A stretch of DNA of 64,000 nucleotides from Massalongia carnosa (taxonomy: Eukaryota). The first letter of the stretch is position 1. Every line of letters starts with the position of its first letter. Where the stretch lies: assembly GCA_965645245.1 (NCBI GenBank), contig OZ287075.1:2108001-2172000 (forward strand). Direction: 5' to 3'. Shown one piece after another: positions 47,301-58,258 of this stretch. The position numbers were made by a program, and so were the translations under genes. The notes under the pieces were generated by a model that was not told the origin of the DNA, ran no database searches, and worked only from the letters and a program-made list of their open reading frames with translations.

Positions 47301-49049
47301 CGCCAAAACCGCCATCTCGATTCGTAATCGGTCCTTGTCCGCACTCTCTCGTCGAGGCTCACTGATGGCGCCGTTACTCCTGGCGCCTGTACTGCCTTGG
47401 AAGTCGACCCCATGGCAGGGATGGAAGACTTGAACACAACTCGTTCAAATCTGTTCAGGAATGGAGAAATCTTAATCTTATAAGAAGTGATGCAGTGACT
47501 GTGTAATATAATTTAAGTTGAAGAGGATAGGATTAGAAGAATGATGATGTGGTGATCTTAAGACATAGGGAGGTATATACCGTCTTTTTCCTTGCTGAAG
47601 GAGACAATATAAAGTTTTACAGTATATTGCGTGATTCTAGATTCTAGATTCTACGTTTCTGATAGGATACGTTCGCGCTGCTTGTTTGAGGCGAAAGCGT
47701 ATGTCGACCGAGCGCTTGTTTTTCAGCCTCAGTTTGGCCCCTAAAGGCTGTCAGCCAACGGTTTATCTCAGAACGCATCGGGATACTTTCGTGTCCTCCT
47801 TTACTTATATGCTCATAGGAGCAAAGCGTATGTCAGCTGCTTGTCAACGCGCATTATCGTAAAAGGTATCATTGGTTAGACAAGAACTGCTCTGTTTCAT
47901 ATACAATTTTTCATTCAAAAATAACTTCTTGCCGTGCAGCGTCAACGAGTGCCCTGAAACGTTGAGTGAATTATGGAAGGAAATACGGGGTGGGCTCGGT
48001 CACCGCAAATGATTGGCTCTCAGCGTTTTCAATTCAAGGACTTTTCATGTAAAAATAAATTAAATCGAAATCCTAAAAGTTTCAGGGCTTGCGTGCTAGT
48101 CGGAAAGACGCGCGCCTCCAGTTAAGATCGACAGGTCAATGCGACAAGTAGGGAGGTGTCCGACATCCAGATTAGTTCGCGGGCATTTATAATCCAAGAT
48201 CGACGAGCCTACACGGATGTAACTCCTGTTCGGGTCGCGTATCACTGATAAGAGATCGACAAAAGAAAGAACAGGAAAAACAGGACTCCGTATTGGCTCT
48301 TGAAAGAAATACAAGAGCCGCTCTTCTCGTTGGTGTAAAGTGCTGCCTCCTTATGCACGTCTTCAGCACAATCGCTCATGTGCTGATCTCAAAATAAAAA
48401 GCAATGAGAGGAAGGACTATAAATGGATTACTTTTCGCAAATGTTTCCCTTCTTGTCACCATTGATTCAGAGTCCAGCACCAAAAGCGCTTGCATTTGCG
48501 CTTGAGGTAACTCTTGGATTAAATTTTCAGCTCCAGCCTGGAAAACGTCATCGACTTCGTCTGATCAACGCAGGCGCCGAAGGAATTCAGCATTTCTCCA
48601 TTGATGGTCATACATTGAATATTATTGCCAGTGATTTGGTACCACTCGTCCCTTATGAAATAGGCATTGTGACACTGGGAATAGGGCAACGCACCGATGT
48701 CATGGTGAAGGCAATGGGCCAAGCCACCGATTCATTCTGGATGCGTTCTAATATCAGCACTGTCTACTCCATGCTACTTCAGCTATTCGTGCTCGCGGCC
48801 ATTGACTATCCGGAAGCAAATACCAGTGCCACACCAGTATCTGCTGCAACCCCCTTTACCGAGACTTCCTGCGGTAATGTAGGCATATATGTGAAAACCC
48901 TATACCAAAGACAAGGCTAACAGGAGATACAGGATCCACTGGCCAGCACAGTCCCCTTTTACGCAATAACCCTTCCGGTAGCTCCGGCGACGACAGTACC
49001 GCTTGATATTACGCTTGGAACCAACTTCTCCGATAACAAATTATTCTTC
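43934..49049. repeat. Right arm of large inverted duplication
   Basis: Reverse complement of 21908-33133 without the LINE and MITE. Confidence 0.95.
44912..47413 (-). CDS. HET-like domain membrane protein (833 aa), intact copy
   Basis: ATG 47413 MGSTSKAVQAPG; HET-like motifs; hydrophobic segments ILLIAPVLLFMLSL, SLGFGLIFSYIL, IMFLVIGFLLLCFSLLLAL. Confidence 0.78.
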   Translation of the reverse strand: MGSTSKAVQAPGVTAPSVSLDERVRTRTDYESRWRFWRTDPLNGKKGWSKGLFYEKPNRSHLDDEYDHGFDLQPDKDGKTTEYYHRDYYGRVTWRPRDVIRYISPNNGVPSRLIVQATPSVRAKNPAGNWRRTSLTGQVPFVFKLSEWALSPSDPRPDERRRFFGILDSFVRILLIAPVLLFMLSLPLDQAWVNSEFQDTYNQFPNYFWDYPKYARNKMDMRPFSSPEARQALENQDMKDVSYKVRLVRPRQLMVLKGGKWYLDPNPHQRVSYIFISWTSRHFKAWVSEQARVKIEKIAQAQAIQAGVTAYWFDVRCMAPEKEKEIRDADVYRMCDVIRGAQLVCVVLPDLTSHFKRDWGSRMWTLPEAMLSQSRTITFCSPGEETLGEPSRNVETLDKLSYNVETLTKLDMTDEIWNQNEARDQSTRLLAEHFSGVLHLGRLELFTIAYEALASKEYSEYTKADPAYALMGFLNHRVQLKGNEGLFEALARLSLENDSDRLIERMVCMFPDPDNGAKDTFSMTRPDKFGAWLWDINPVCQVAGLGQGSEIILDRCCGVSIRWKGFPQMQYNRGIGLRRLIAELVIRSGVYTLSLGFGLIFSYILTYFADAKRRDADRQTTSLLKSQIENEDINGSFSIYDLEIARDIMFLVIGFLLLCFSLLLALTAPAAVRRLFGGKITKSAPWLIGFEGVMPLQELEKTIFGNARGRLIYEPSSTPFSEREPYERLGREPAWVTEHNDPQSTNQPPPLPHGHRFFTLVDTGELSVSIFSAVRPPSVALICGREGGMLRTLLCHYERSNNCLYRESVLRMNSMTLNKAQELSWVKLSLGKP

Positions 49050-49611
49050 ATTAACAGCGTGTCATTCCGAGGTAATTACGATATCACCCAATTTTTCATC
49101 TTGCAAAGCTTGAAAACACATCTTAACCCAATGATACCCAATGAAATGTCTATAATACGTACGGAAAAGAAGTCCTCCGTGCGTTTCATAATCAACAACC
49201 CTTCACTACTAGCACACCCTATGCATTTACATGATCATGATTTTTGGGTCTTAGCAGAAGGTAAAGGCGCCTAGGATGGGACGGTGACGAGTCTAAAGAA
49301 CCCCCAGCGGCGCGAAGTGCAGCTCTTACAAGGAGGTAGATTCTTCGGGTTATCTTGTGTTCGAACAGATGGCCGATAATCCCGGTGTTTGGCCGTTGCA
49401 CTGCCATATTGCCTGGTATGTCATTCTTCTAATTTTTCTTGCCTTGCGCGGACTACTTGGGAAACTCGCATCAGGCATGTCAGCACAGGGGTGTGTACAT
49501 TAACGTTCTGGAGCAGCCTGATGAACACGTCAAACACACTTGTCTAGACGTGCCGTGATTGGTCGATTACAGCGGGTATAATGTAATTGATCAGATTGAT
49601 TCGGGCTTGTA
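48519..49611 (+). pseudogene. Laccase/multicopper oxidase 3' part
   Basis: RLRLIN, HPMHLHDHDFWVLAEG, ADNPGVWPLHCHIAW; stops and frameshifts; N-terminal domain missing. Confidence 0.9.
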
Positions 49612-49768
49612 ATCAACTATCATACAATCGTGGCTTTTCGGTAAATTTACCTTCTTATCATAACAAAGAGGTCGAGATGTAGACATTTCCGAAACGGCGG
49701 CTGTAGCTTACTCGAACTTAAGCATACACTTGTCGGCAGATCTTTAGCGTCACCATTCGCCTAACAAC

Positions 49769-50031
49769 CACGCGGCTGACAAAAAAACCGGGACACCAAA
49801 AACTTGAGCACTCTTACGCGTAGAACAATTTCATGCAATTATTTTTTCCTACAGTTAATAATTTCAGGAATTTAAGATTGATATGTGTTCTGTCATCTGA
49901 GAAGACTTCAAGGTTTTTCAGGTTGTTTTTGTTGCTGAATGATTTTCAAGAAAAAATGTTTTTTTGAAAAGTTTGCTTGATTTGTTCCGGGAAGCAGGTT
50001 TTGGTGTCCCGGTTTTTTTGTCAGCCGCGTG
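49769..50031. mobile_element. 263-bp MITE with 33-bp TIRs CACGCGGCTGACAAAAAAACCGGGACACCAAAA
   Basis: TIRs at 49769-49801 and 49999-50031; AC on both sides; absent from copy 2 near 52840. Confidence 0.8.
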
Positions 50032-50086
50032 ACTACCTACATACCAATTTCCCTTCCTGTTCTCCCAATCCTTCATGCATGCATAC

Positions 50087-50232
50087 GCCGCGCAACGGGT
50101 CGGGTTTCTCAACTGAAAACCCAACCCGTTTGTGGCAAACCCTATGATTTTCGGTGTCCGGGTTGAGTTTTAAAAGAAAAACCCGGTGGCGAAAAAGCAA
50201 TTTTGTGGCGAAAACCCAATCCGTTGCGCGGC
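50087..50232. mobile_element. 146-bp MITE-like element with ~20-bp TIRs GCCGCGCAACGG.T.GGGTTT
   Basis: Inverted ends, internal GAAAACCC repeats; absent from copy 2; no clear TSD. Confidence 0.65.
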
Positions 50233-51059
50233 AGCATGCATGCACGTAAGCATGCACGCATCAGCTCAACCTGAGGCCGACGAACCCAGCCCTCAAGGAC
50301 GGGATTATTGCTGCCCACCAACCGATCGACCACCCGACTAGTCATGCATGCATATATTGTAAGCATGCGAGTAAGCAGCTAACCAGCCCGCTTTCAAGCG
50401 ATTCAGCCTCAAGGACCCAACGCGGGGGGCCTGAAGGATCGGGAGCATGTCCGGGACCCCGACGATGGAAAGGTATGCGTTCGTTAATTGATTTATTGAT
50501 CGTCGAGCAAAGGCCGGGTCGTGGAGAATCGAGCATTAATTAGGTAAATATCAGGATTGGACATGAAATTCAGCTTAGATTGAGTCGATGAGATTTCTGC
50601 GAGACGCGTTTCGGATTGAGTGGTGCGGGTTTTCTGCTTTTTCGGGACCCTTTAGCAAGTGGTAGATAGATAGATACCTTAATGCTGGGCGAACTGAGCC
50701 ATGAGTAGGTAAGTAGATGCTTTGCGTTCTTCGAAGTTGTCGGCTGTATAATTCTTCCAGTGGATCTTTATGTGCCTGGCTAGCGTCGAATCTCGAGGTT
50801 TGATTGGCTAGTCATAGTCTTGAGATTCTTGTTGATTAAACAGGAAGAGACATTTGATCAGAACTGGATGAACCTATGACTGGGACTTGATACGGGTTTT
50901 GGGATAGAGTAGGAGAACATGAATGAAAAGATATATAAAAGTACAGCGCCTACAACCAAGTCATTTTCGTTGATTGGATTCCCGGATTTTATTGTCTGCA
51001 TTTGTGATCCTCGAGGGATTCGTTCTCTGGGCTATGGAGTAAATCCCGAGTGACGTTGG

Positions 51060-51980
51060 GGATCATTCCGATTTCCGGCTTCACGGTTCCCGAACCACCG
51101 CCTCGATCATGCTATCAATTGCGATTTCGCCTTTCTACGGCGTTGGCGGCGAGATCCTGACAATGCGCAGCCCAGCGCTTTCCAGAAGTTCTTTTCACTG
51201 TGTCTCGCTTCGTTCCATGTCCAAAAAAATCATCATTGAGATGTTGAACCCGACGATGATGAGTGTGGCCCCTTGAGTTGCAATCACCTGATCCAGAATC
51301 ACGATACGGGAACGAGGTCCTAGAGCCGAGATGATATTAAGGAGAATCGTGCGGGCGTGCTCGTCAGGTCAGTCATGCAAGACGTGGCGAAAGAGGAATA
51401 CATTTGCATCTACTCCGCAATGGGGAAGGGTCAGCCTGCGGTCATGAGTTGGGGCAACGGTCAGATTCCCGAGAGATGGCATCAGCATCAAGGTGAGTCG
51501 TTAATCTTGCCAGCACGGGTGACTAATCTTTCACTGGCTGAGAGGTGAAGAAATCATAAGCCATGCCCTCAACCCCTTCAATGTTGCCAAGGCCCTGGAT
51601 TACCGCCAGAACATTTTGGGAAACCATACGTCCCTTCAGGTCGGGCCGGTGCGCCTGAAAGTTGCGGACCACTGTTCCTTGCCCACCTCCTACATCAACA
51701 ATCAGCACCTCCGCGCTGACGTCGCCGGACGGGTCGGTGTTGATAGGGAAGAGAGACGAAATGGCGGTTTGGATGCTATCTTGCCAGCTTGTCATCATCG
51801 CGTCCATGAAAGCACTGATCTCCTTCAGGTGCTTGTGGCTTGATATAAAAAACTAAATCGTGCCCATTGTGATTTGGTTGACATACTGAAGTAAGCCATT
51901 GTTGGGCTTCAGTGGATTACGAGATTTAATAATCTCAAGAAAGTCTGACAGCTTTGGAATCCAATAGTCATTCATAAACC
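51060..51980 (-). pseudogene. SAM-dependent O-methyltransferase pseudogene
   Basis: LIVDVGGGQG, AYDFFTSQPVK, RHVLHD*PDEHARTILLNI...RIVILD; intron donor apparently mutated; 5' end missing. Confidence 0.85.
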
Positions 51981-52000
51981 TGTCACCTCGTTAGCAGTGC

Positions 52001-52683
52001 AGGCATTTATGTGAAAACCCTATACCAAAGACAAGGCTAACAGGAGATACAGGATCAACCTCCGGCGACGACAGTACCGCTTGATATTACGCTTGGAACT
52101 AACTCCTCCGATGACAAATTATTCTTCATTAACAGCGTGTTATTCCGAGGCAATTACGATATCACCCAATTTTTCATCTTGCAAAGCTTGAAAACACATC
52201 TTAACCCAATGATCCCCAATGGAACGTCTATAATACGGAAAAGAAGTCCTCCGTGCGTTTCATCATCGACAACCCTTCACTACTAGCACACCCTATGCAT
52301 CTACATTATCATGATTTTTGGGTCTTAGCAGAAGGTAAAGGCGCCTAGGATGGGACGGTGACGAGTCTAAAGAACCCCCAGCGGCGCGAAGTGCAGCTCT
52401 TACAAGGAGGTAGATTCTTCGGGTTATCTTGTGTTCGAACAGATGGCCGATAATCCCGGTGTTTGGCCGTTGCACTGCCATATTGCCTGGTATGTCATTC
52501 TTCTAGTTTTTCTTGCCTTGCGCGGACTACTTGGGAAACTCGCATCAGGCATGTCAGCACAGGGCTGTACATTAACGTGCTGGAGCAGCCTGATGAACAC
52601 GTCAAACACACTTGTCTAGACGTGCCGTGATTGGTCGATTACAGCGGGTATAATGTAATTTATCAGATTGATTCGGGCTTGTA
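52001..52683 (+). pseudogene. Laccase 3' fragment, third copy
   Basis: HPMHLH and ADNPGVWPLHCHIAW repeated. Confidence 0.85.
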
Positions 52684-53719
52684 ATCAACTATCATACGAT
52701 CGTGGCTTTTCGGTAAATTTACCTTCTTATCATAACAAAGAGGTCAAGATGTAGATATTTCCGAAACGGCGGCTGTAGCTTACTCGAACTTAAATCGTAC
52801 ACTTGTCAGCAGATTTTTAGCGTCACCATTCGCCTAACAATCTCGAGTCGAAAATCAGGGTTAACTACATACCAATTTCCCTTCCTGTTCTCCAGATCCT
52901 TCATGCATGCTGCATGCATGAAGGATCTGAAGTGCATGAAGCATGCACGTACGCATGCACGCATCAGCTCAGCCTGAGGCTGACGAACCCAGCCCTCAAG
53001 GACGGGATTATTGCTGCCTACCAACCGATCGACCACCCGACTAGTCATGCATGCATGTATTGTAAGCATGCGAGTAAGCAGCTAACCAGCCCGCTTTCAA
53101 GCGATTCAGCCTCAAGGACCCAACGCGGGGGAAGGTATGCGTTCGTTAATTGATTTATTGATCGTCGAGCAAAGGCCGGGTCGTGGAGAATCGTGCATTA
53201 ATTAGGTAAATATCAGGATTGGACATGAAATTCAGCTTAGATTGAGTCGATGAGATTTCTGCGAGACGCGTTTCGGATTGACTCGTGCGGGTTTTCTGCT
53301 TTTTCGGGACCCTTGAGCAAGTGGTAGATAGATAGATACCTTAATGCTGGGCGAACTGAGCCATGAGTAGGTAAGTAGATGCTTTGCGTTCTTCGAAGTT
53401 GTCGGCTGTATAATTCTTCCAGTGGATCTTTATGTGCCTGGCTAGCGTCGAATCTCGAGGTTTGATTGGCTAGTCATAGTCTTGAGATTCTTGTTGATTA
53501 AATAGGAAGAGACATTTGATCAGAACTGGACGAACCTGTGACTGGGACTTGATACGGGTTTTGGGATAGAGTAGGAGAACATGAATGAAAAGATATATAA
53601 AAGTACAGCGCCTGCAATCAAGTCATTTTCATTGATTGGATTCCCGGATTTTATTGTCTGCATTTGTGATCCTCGAGGGATTCGTTCTCTGGGCTATGGA
53701 GTAAATCCCGAGCGACCTT

Positions 53720-54442
53720 GGGGATCATTCCGATTTCCGGCTTCACGGTTCCCGAACCACCGCCTCGATCATGCTATCAATTGCGATTTCGCCTTTCTAC
53801 GGCGTTGGCGGCGAGATCCTAACGATGCGCAGCCCAGCGCTTTTCAGAACTTCTTTTCACTGTGTCTCGCTTCGTTCCATGTCCGAAAAAATTATCATTG
53901 AGATATTGAACCCGACGATGATGAGTGTGGCCCCTTGAGTTGCAATCACCTGATCCAGAATCACGATACGGGAACGAGGTCCTAGAGCCGAGATGATATT
54001 AAGGAGAATCGTGCGGGCGTGCTCTTCAGGTCAGTCATGCAAGACGTGGCGAAAGAGGTATACATTTGCATCTACTCCGCAATGGGGAAGGGTCAGCCTG
54101 CGGTCATGAGTTGGGGCAACGGTCAGATTCCCGAGAGATGGCATCAGCATCAAGGTGAGTCGTTAATCTTGCCAGCACGGGTGACTAATCTTTCACTGGC
54201 TGAGAGGTGAAGAAATCATAAGCCATGCCCTCAACCCCTTCAATGTTGCCAAGGCCCTGGATTACCGCCAGAACATTTTGGGAAATCATACGTCCCTTCA
54301 GGTCGGGCCGGTGCGCCTGAAAGTTGCGGACCACTGTTCCTTGCCCACCTCCTACATCAACAATCAGCACCTCCGCGCTGACGTCGCCGGACGGGTCGGT
54401 GTTGATAGGAAAGAGAGACGAAATGGCGGTTTGGGTGCTATC
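53720..54442 (-). pseudogene. O-methyltransferase pseudogene, second copy, interrupted by copia
   Basis: Matches ~51060-51780; alignment ends at GCTATC where the LTR begins. Confidence 0.85.
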
Positions 54443-57400
54443 TGTTGAATGTTAGATGATGAGGTCACCATCATCATGGGCATCCATCATGAGCCTCGGG
54501 AGGTGCCTTGCAAAGTGCCTAAACAAGCAGAGATGAGAGACAAGGTCTGACCGTCAGGGGGACAAAATCTGACCGTCAGGAGGACAAGGTCTGACCGTCA
54601 GGGGGACAAGGTCTGACCTCCTAGATGTGGCTGTTTTGTGACTGCTATATAAAGCAGACAAATAGCCCACATAGCTAATCACCTTCAATGACAATCATGC
54701 TACTATACCTACAATGTGAATTTATATTTCATAGGTTATGAGCCCGGCTCACTTCTACTACGTTTGAATAAGCCCCTACATTGATTGTCAAACAAACTCA
54801 CCTCCACCTCTTCCACCTACCTCATTCTATATTATATATATATTCCTTTTCATATCCCACTTCAAAATCCAAGCAACCAAAGGGACCCTCTTTTTTCCCC
54901 GCTCAGTAACCCCTACTCCTAAGCACGATGGCCAAAGGTGAGAGTCTATACACATTCCCAAAGCTAATGGGGAGTGGAAACTATAAGAAATGGTCCAGAG
55001 ACATGGCCTTCGCCCTGCAGGAGGCGGAACTTTGGAACTACGTGACTGGTGCTCGAAAAATGCCTCGAGAAATTCCCCCTCCACCTCAAAAAGCTGATGA
55101 GACACCCCCGGAGGAAACAGAGGAACAGCTAGAAAAGCAGGACAAACGGGACCTTGAACGCCTAGAGTTCTCGGAGAAACAAAGGAGAGTAGTTGGTAAA
55201 ATAGGCAAGATGTGCACAGATGACGTGCAACAGGAATTCTTGTCGATGAGAGACCTAGCCAGTGGGGGCATCTGGGACCCGAAGGACCTTTGGGAACACC
55301 TGAAAACCCGATACACCCTCAGAAATTGGAGTGCGAAATGGAGCACATTCAACCGGCTGGAGGAGATAAACTATGAAAAATGCAAGACCATCGAGGAGTA
55401 TGGTAGCCTAGTCAGGGATATCAAGGCCGAAATCACCGACATGGCCCTGACCGTTGAGCACATTGTAGTGCTCAAACTCCTCAATGGACTCGGCAGTTCA
55501 TTCAACACCTACCTGACCATCCTGAACGAACAAGCTCGGCGGGAGGACAAATTCCCGGCGTTGGATGACTTACTAAAAAACCTGGAGGACGAGGAGGCTC
55601 GTATGCGCCAGGACCCTGTCGCCGTAGCTAACATGCTGAAGGCAAAGGGGAAGAAGAACCCCACCGAACAGGGTAAGACCAAATACAAATGCTGTGGTTA
55701 TAATCACTCCGGAAAATGCAGGCATAGCAACGCTACATGTAGGAAGTGTAGTAAGATTGGCCATCTGGAACGCGTTTGTGAAAGCAAAGAAGGTAATGAA
55801 AGCTCAAACCCCCAAATAGTTTGTACAATAAGGGAATGTTCTGGGAAAAGAACCCCGGAAACACCGCTTATTTGTATGGCAAATCTGTACCGAGGTCCCA
55901 AGAATGCCCACGATCTATTGATCGACTCCGGTGCCACCGCACACATTATATGCAATAAAGATCTCTTTCAAGAAGGGACCTTTCGGAGCGAAAATAGCTG
56001 TTTAGAAACAGGTTCCGGAGAGGTGTTATCGACAGAGGGGAAAGGCTCTCTACACGTATCACTGGACAATGGAAATGGAGGTGTAACGGATCTCATTTTG
56101 ACCAACGTCCTTTTCACCCCCGACCTAAAATTCAACCTCATCAGCACAATACAACTCGGCAAAAAGGGCATATCTACGTACCTGATGGCGGATGACAAGC
56201 CCGCTCAACTGGTGCATAAAGGAAAGGTGGTTGGACTGGCCAACAATAAATAATCAGTGTGTTTTGCAGACAACCACTATTAGCCCTACCGAAGCACGGG
56301 CCCTCACCACCACAAACGGTACAAAGGCCCCTATCCAAACATGGCACGAACGACTCGGCCATCTCAGCTACCCAAACCTCCTAAAATTAAATCATTTAGC
56401 TAATGGAGTCACCATCGAAGGACCCATACCAGAAGAAGTATGCGGCTCATGCATGATGGGAAGACAACAGCGGAAAATAAATCGCACTCCACGAACCCGA
56501 GCAACAGAATTTCTCGGAATAGTGCATAGCGACTTAGGGGGAGCATTTCCACTGACAAGGTTCGGTGAACGTTTTTATGCTACGATGAAAGACGGCTTCT
56601 CCGGGGTAGTGTGGATCTACCTGCTGAAAACAAAGGGTCAAACCTTCGAATGTTTTAAGCAGTTCAAGACATGGATAGAAAATCAATCGGGAAAGAAAAT
56701 AAAGAGACTCCGAGCTGATGGAGGAGGGGAGTACACCAGTGGTGACTTCCAGGAATTCCTAAAGAGTGAAGGCATCCAGTGGGAGGCCCGGGCACCAAAT
56801 GTGCCAGAACAGAATGGGAAGGCCGAAAGGCAAAATTATACCCTCATGGTCCCCACTCGGTCCATGATGAAGGCTAAAAGCTCCCAAAGTCCCTTTGGGG
56901 GGAGGTCCTGAAGACGGCCGGGTACATCAAGAATAGAAGTCCCGGGGTCGACGAGGTCACTCCATATGAACGCATGAATAATGCGAAACCCTTCCTCGGC
57001 CACATGAGAACGGTCGGGGCTAGGACGTGGGTACATATCCCAAAAGAGAAGCGCAAGAAGCTGGACGATAGGTCCTGGCAGGGGATATTTGTTGGGTATG
57101 AAGGAAACAATCAGTATCGAATTTACGATCCTCTCACTGGAAAAGTCCATGTTTGTCGCGATATCACCGTCGACGGAGGTAATATATATGATTCCAAGGA
57201 CAAAAAGGCCTGGGACCTAGCCGACATTCCATGGGAGGGAGACGATGATGCTTTGTTTGATGACCCAGATGATTTTGTTGATGAAAACAAAAGTCATAAT
57301 CCGCCATCTTCGTTGTCTCCAAAAACTCCGAGCTCTGAAATATCGAGAAGTTCGGAAGTTCAAAATGAAACGGCCCCACCAGCACCACGGATAGCGCTAC

Positions 57401-58020
57401 ATCCAATGGGAGTAAATGCTTCGGGGGGAGGCCGAGAAGAGGAGAATGGGGGGGAGAGTGACTCCGATGAAGTGGAGGACATTCCTCGCCAGCCCATCGA
57501 ACCTCGAAGATCTGGACGAGGGTCCCCAGTCAAAGAGCACTGGAGAACATTCGTCCCAGCATCAACACCGTATTCAGTTCAAACCAGGTCCCGAAATCCC
57601 ATGAGCACATGGTGCGGGTACTAGCAACCCTGGCAGGAGGCGAGGACAATGAGGGCCTCGATGATCCTTTGCCACTGAAAGAGGCTATGTCCTCACCCCA
57701 CTGGGATCAATGGAGAAAGGCCATGGAGACCGAGTATCAATCGCTAGTGGAGAATGAAACTTGGACACTAGAAAGGGCACCGACTGATCGAAAGGTGATC
57801 ACCGGTCGCTGGGTGTTCAAAATAAAGAAAGACAGAGATGGGAAAGTACTGAAGTACAAAGCGAGATGGGTAGTTCATGGCTATAACAAAAGGAAGGCCT
57901 GGACTACCTCGACACCTTTGCCACAGTGGTAAAACCAGTCTCTTATAAGGCATTGATGGGAATCAGTGTAAAGAAGGGACTGTCCATTCATCACATGGAT
58001 GTGGTGACTGCTTTCCTGTA
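54443..58020 (+). mobile_element. Ty1/copia LTR retrotransposon 2, cut in RT by a LINE
   Basis: LTR 54443-54733 (TGTTG start, ~23-bp AAGGTCTGACCGTCAGG repeats, TATATAAA), PBS 54734-54745, gag-PR-IN-RT order. Confidence 0.92.
54928..58020 (+). pseudogene. Copia gag-pol polyprotein, frameshifted
   Basis: CRKCSKIGHLERVC, LIDSGATAH, WHERLGH, HSDLGG, RADGGGEY, QNGKAER, RWVFKIK...YKARWVV, HMDVVTAFLY. Confidence 0.92.
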
Positions 58021-58258
58021 TGATGATGATGATGATAATTCTTATTCCGATGTGGTACCGGCCGAAGGCCGGCCCATGCGGGTAAATCTATGGAATTATA
58101 TAATACATGGAAAACCTTTTAAGGAAGAAAAACCAAGTAATCCGACATCTCTCCGAATACTTTTCGAGTCTCGGTCGAGGGATCTATCTGAAGAACAGTT
58201 GACCGGTGACAGGTTAAAGGAAAGGAAAGTCGCCTTTTAGCGACTTGATGTGTGGTTG

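Larger units (their letters stand above)
48881..54442. repeat. Direct tandem duplication (48881-52000 and 52001-54442, second copy cut by copia 2)
   Basis: AGGCAT.TATGTGAAAACCCTATACC at 48881 and 52001; duplicated ORFs throughout. Confidence 0.95.

Noticed and set aside
48423..48518. New chimeric gene fusing MDYFSQMFPF... to laccase
   Set aside because: Frame is open only to 48920, first copper sites are missing, and nothing supports expression.
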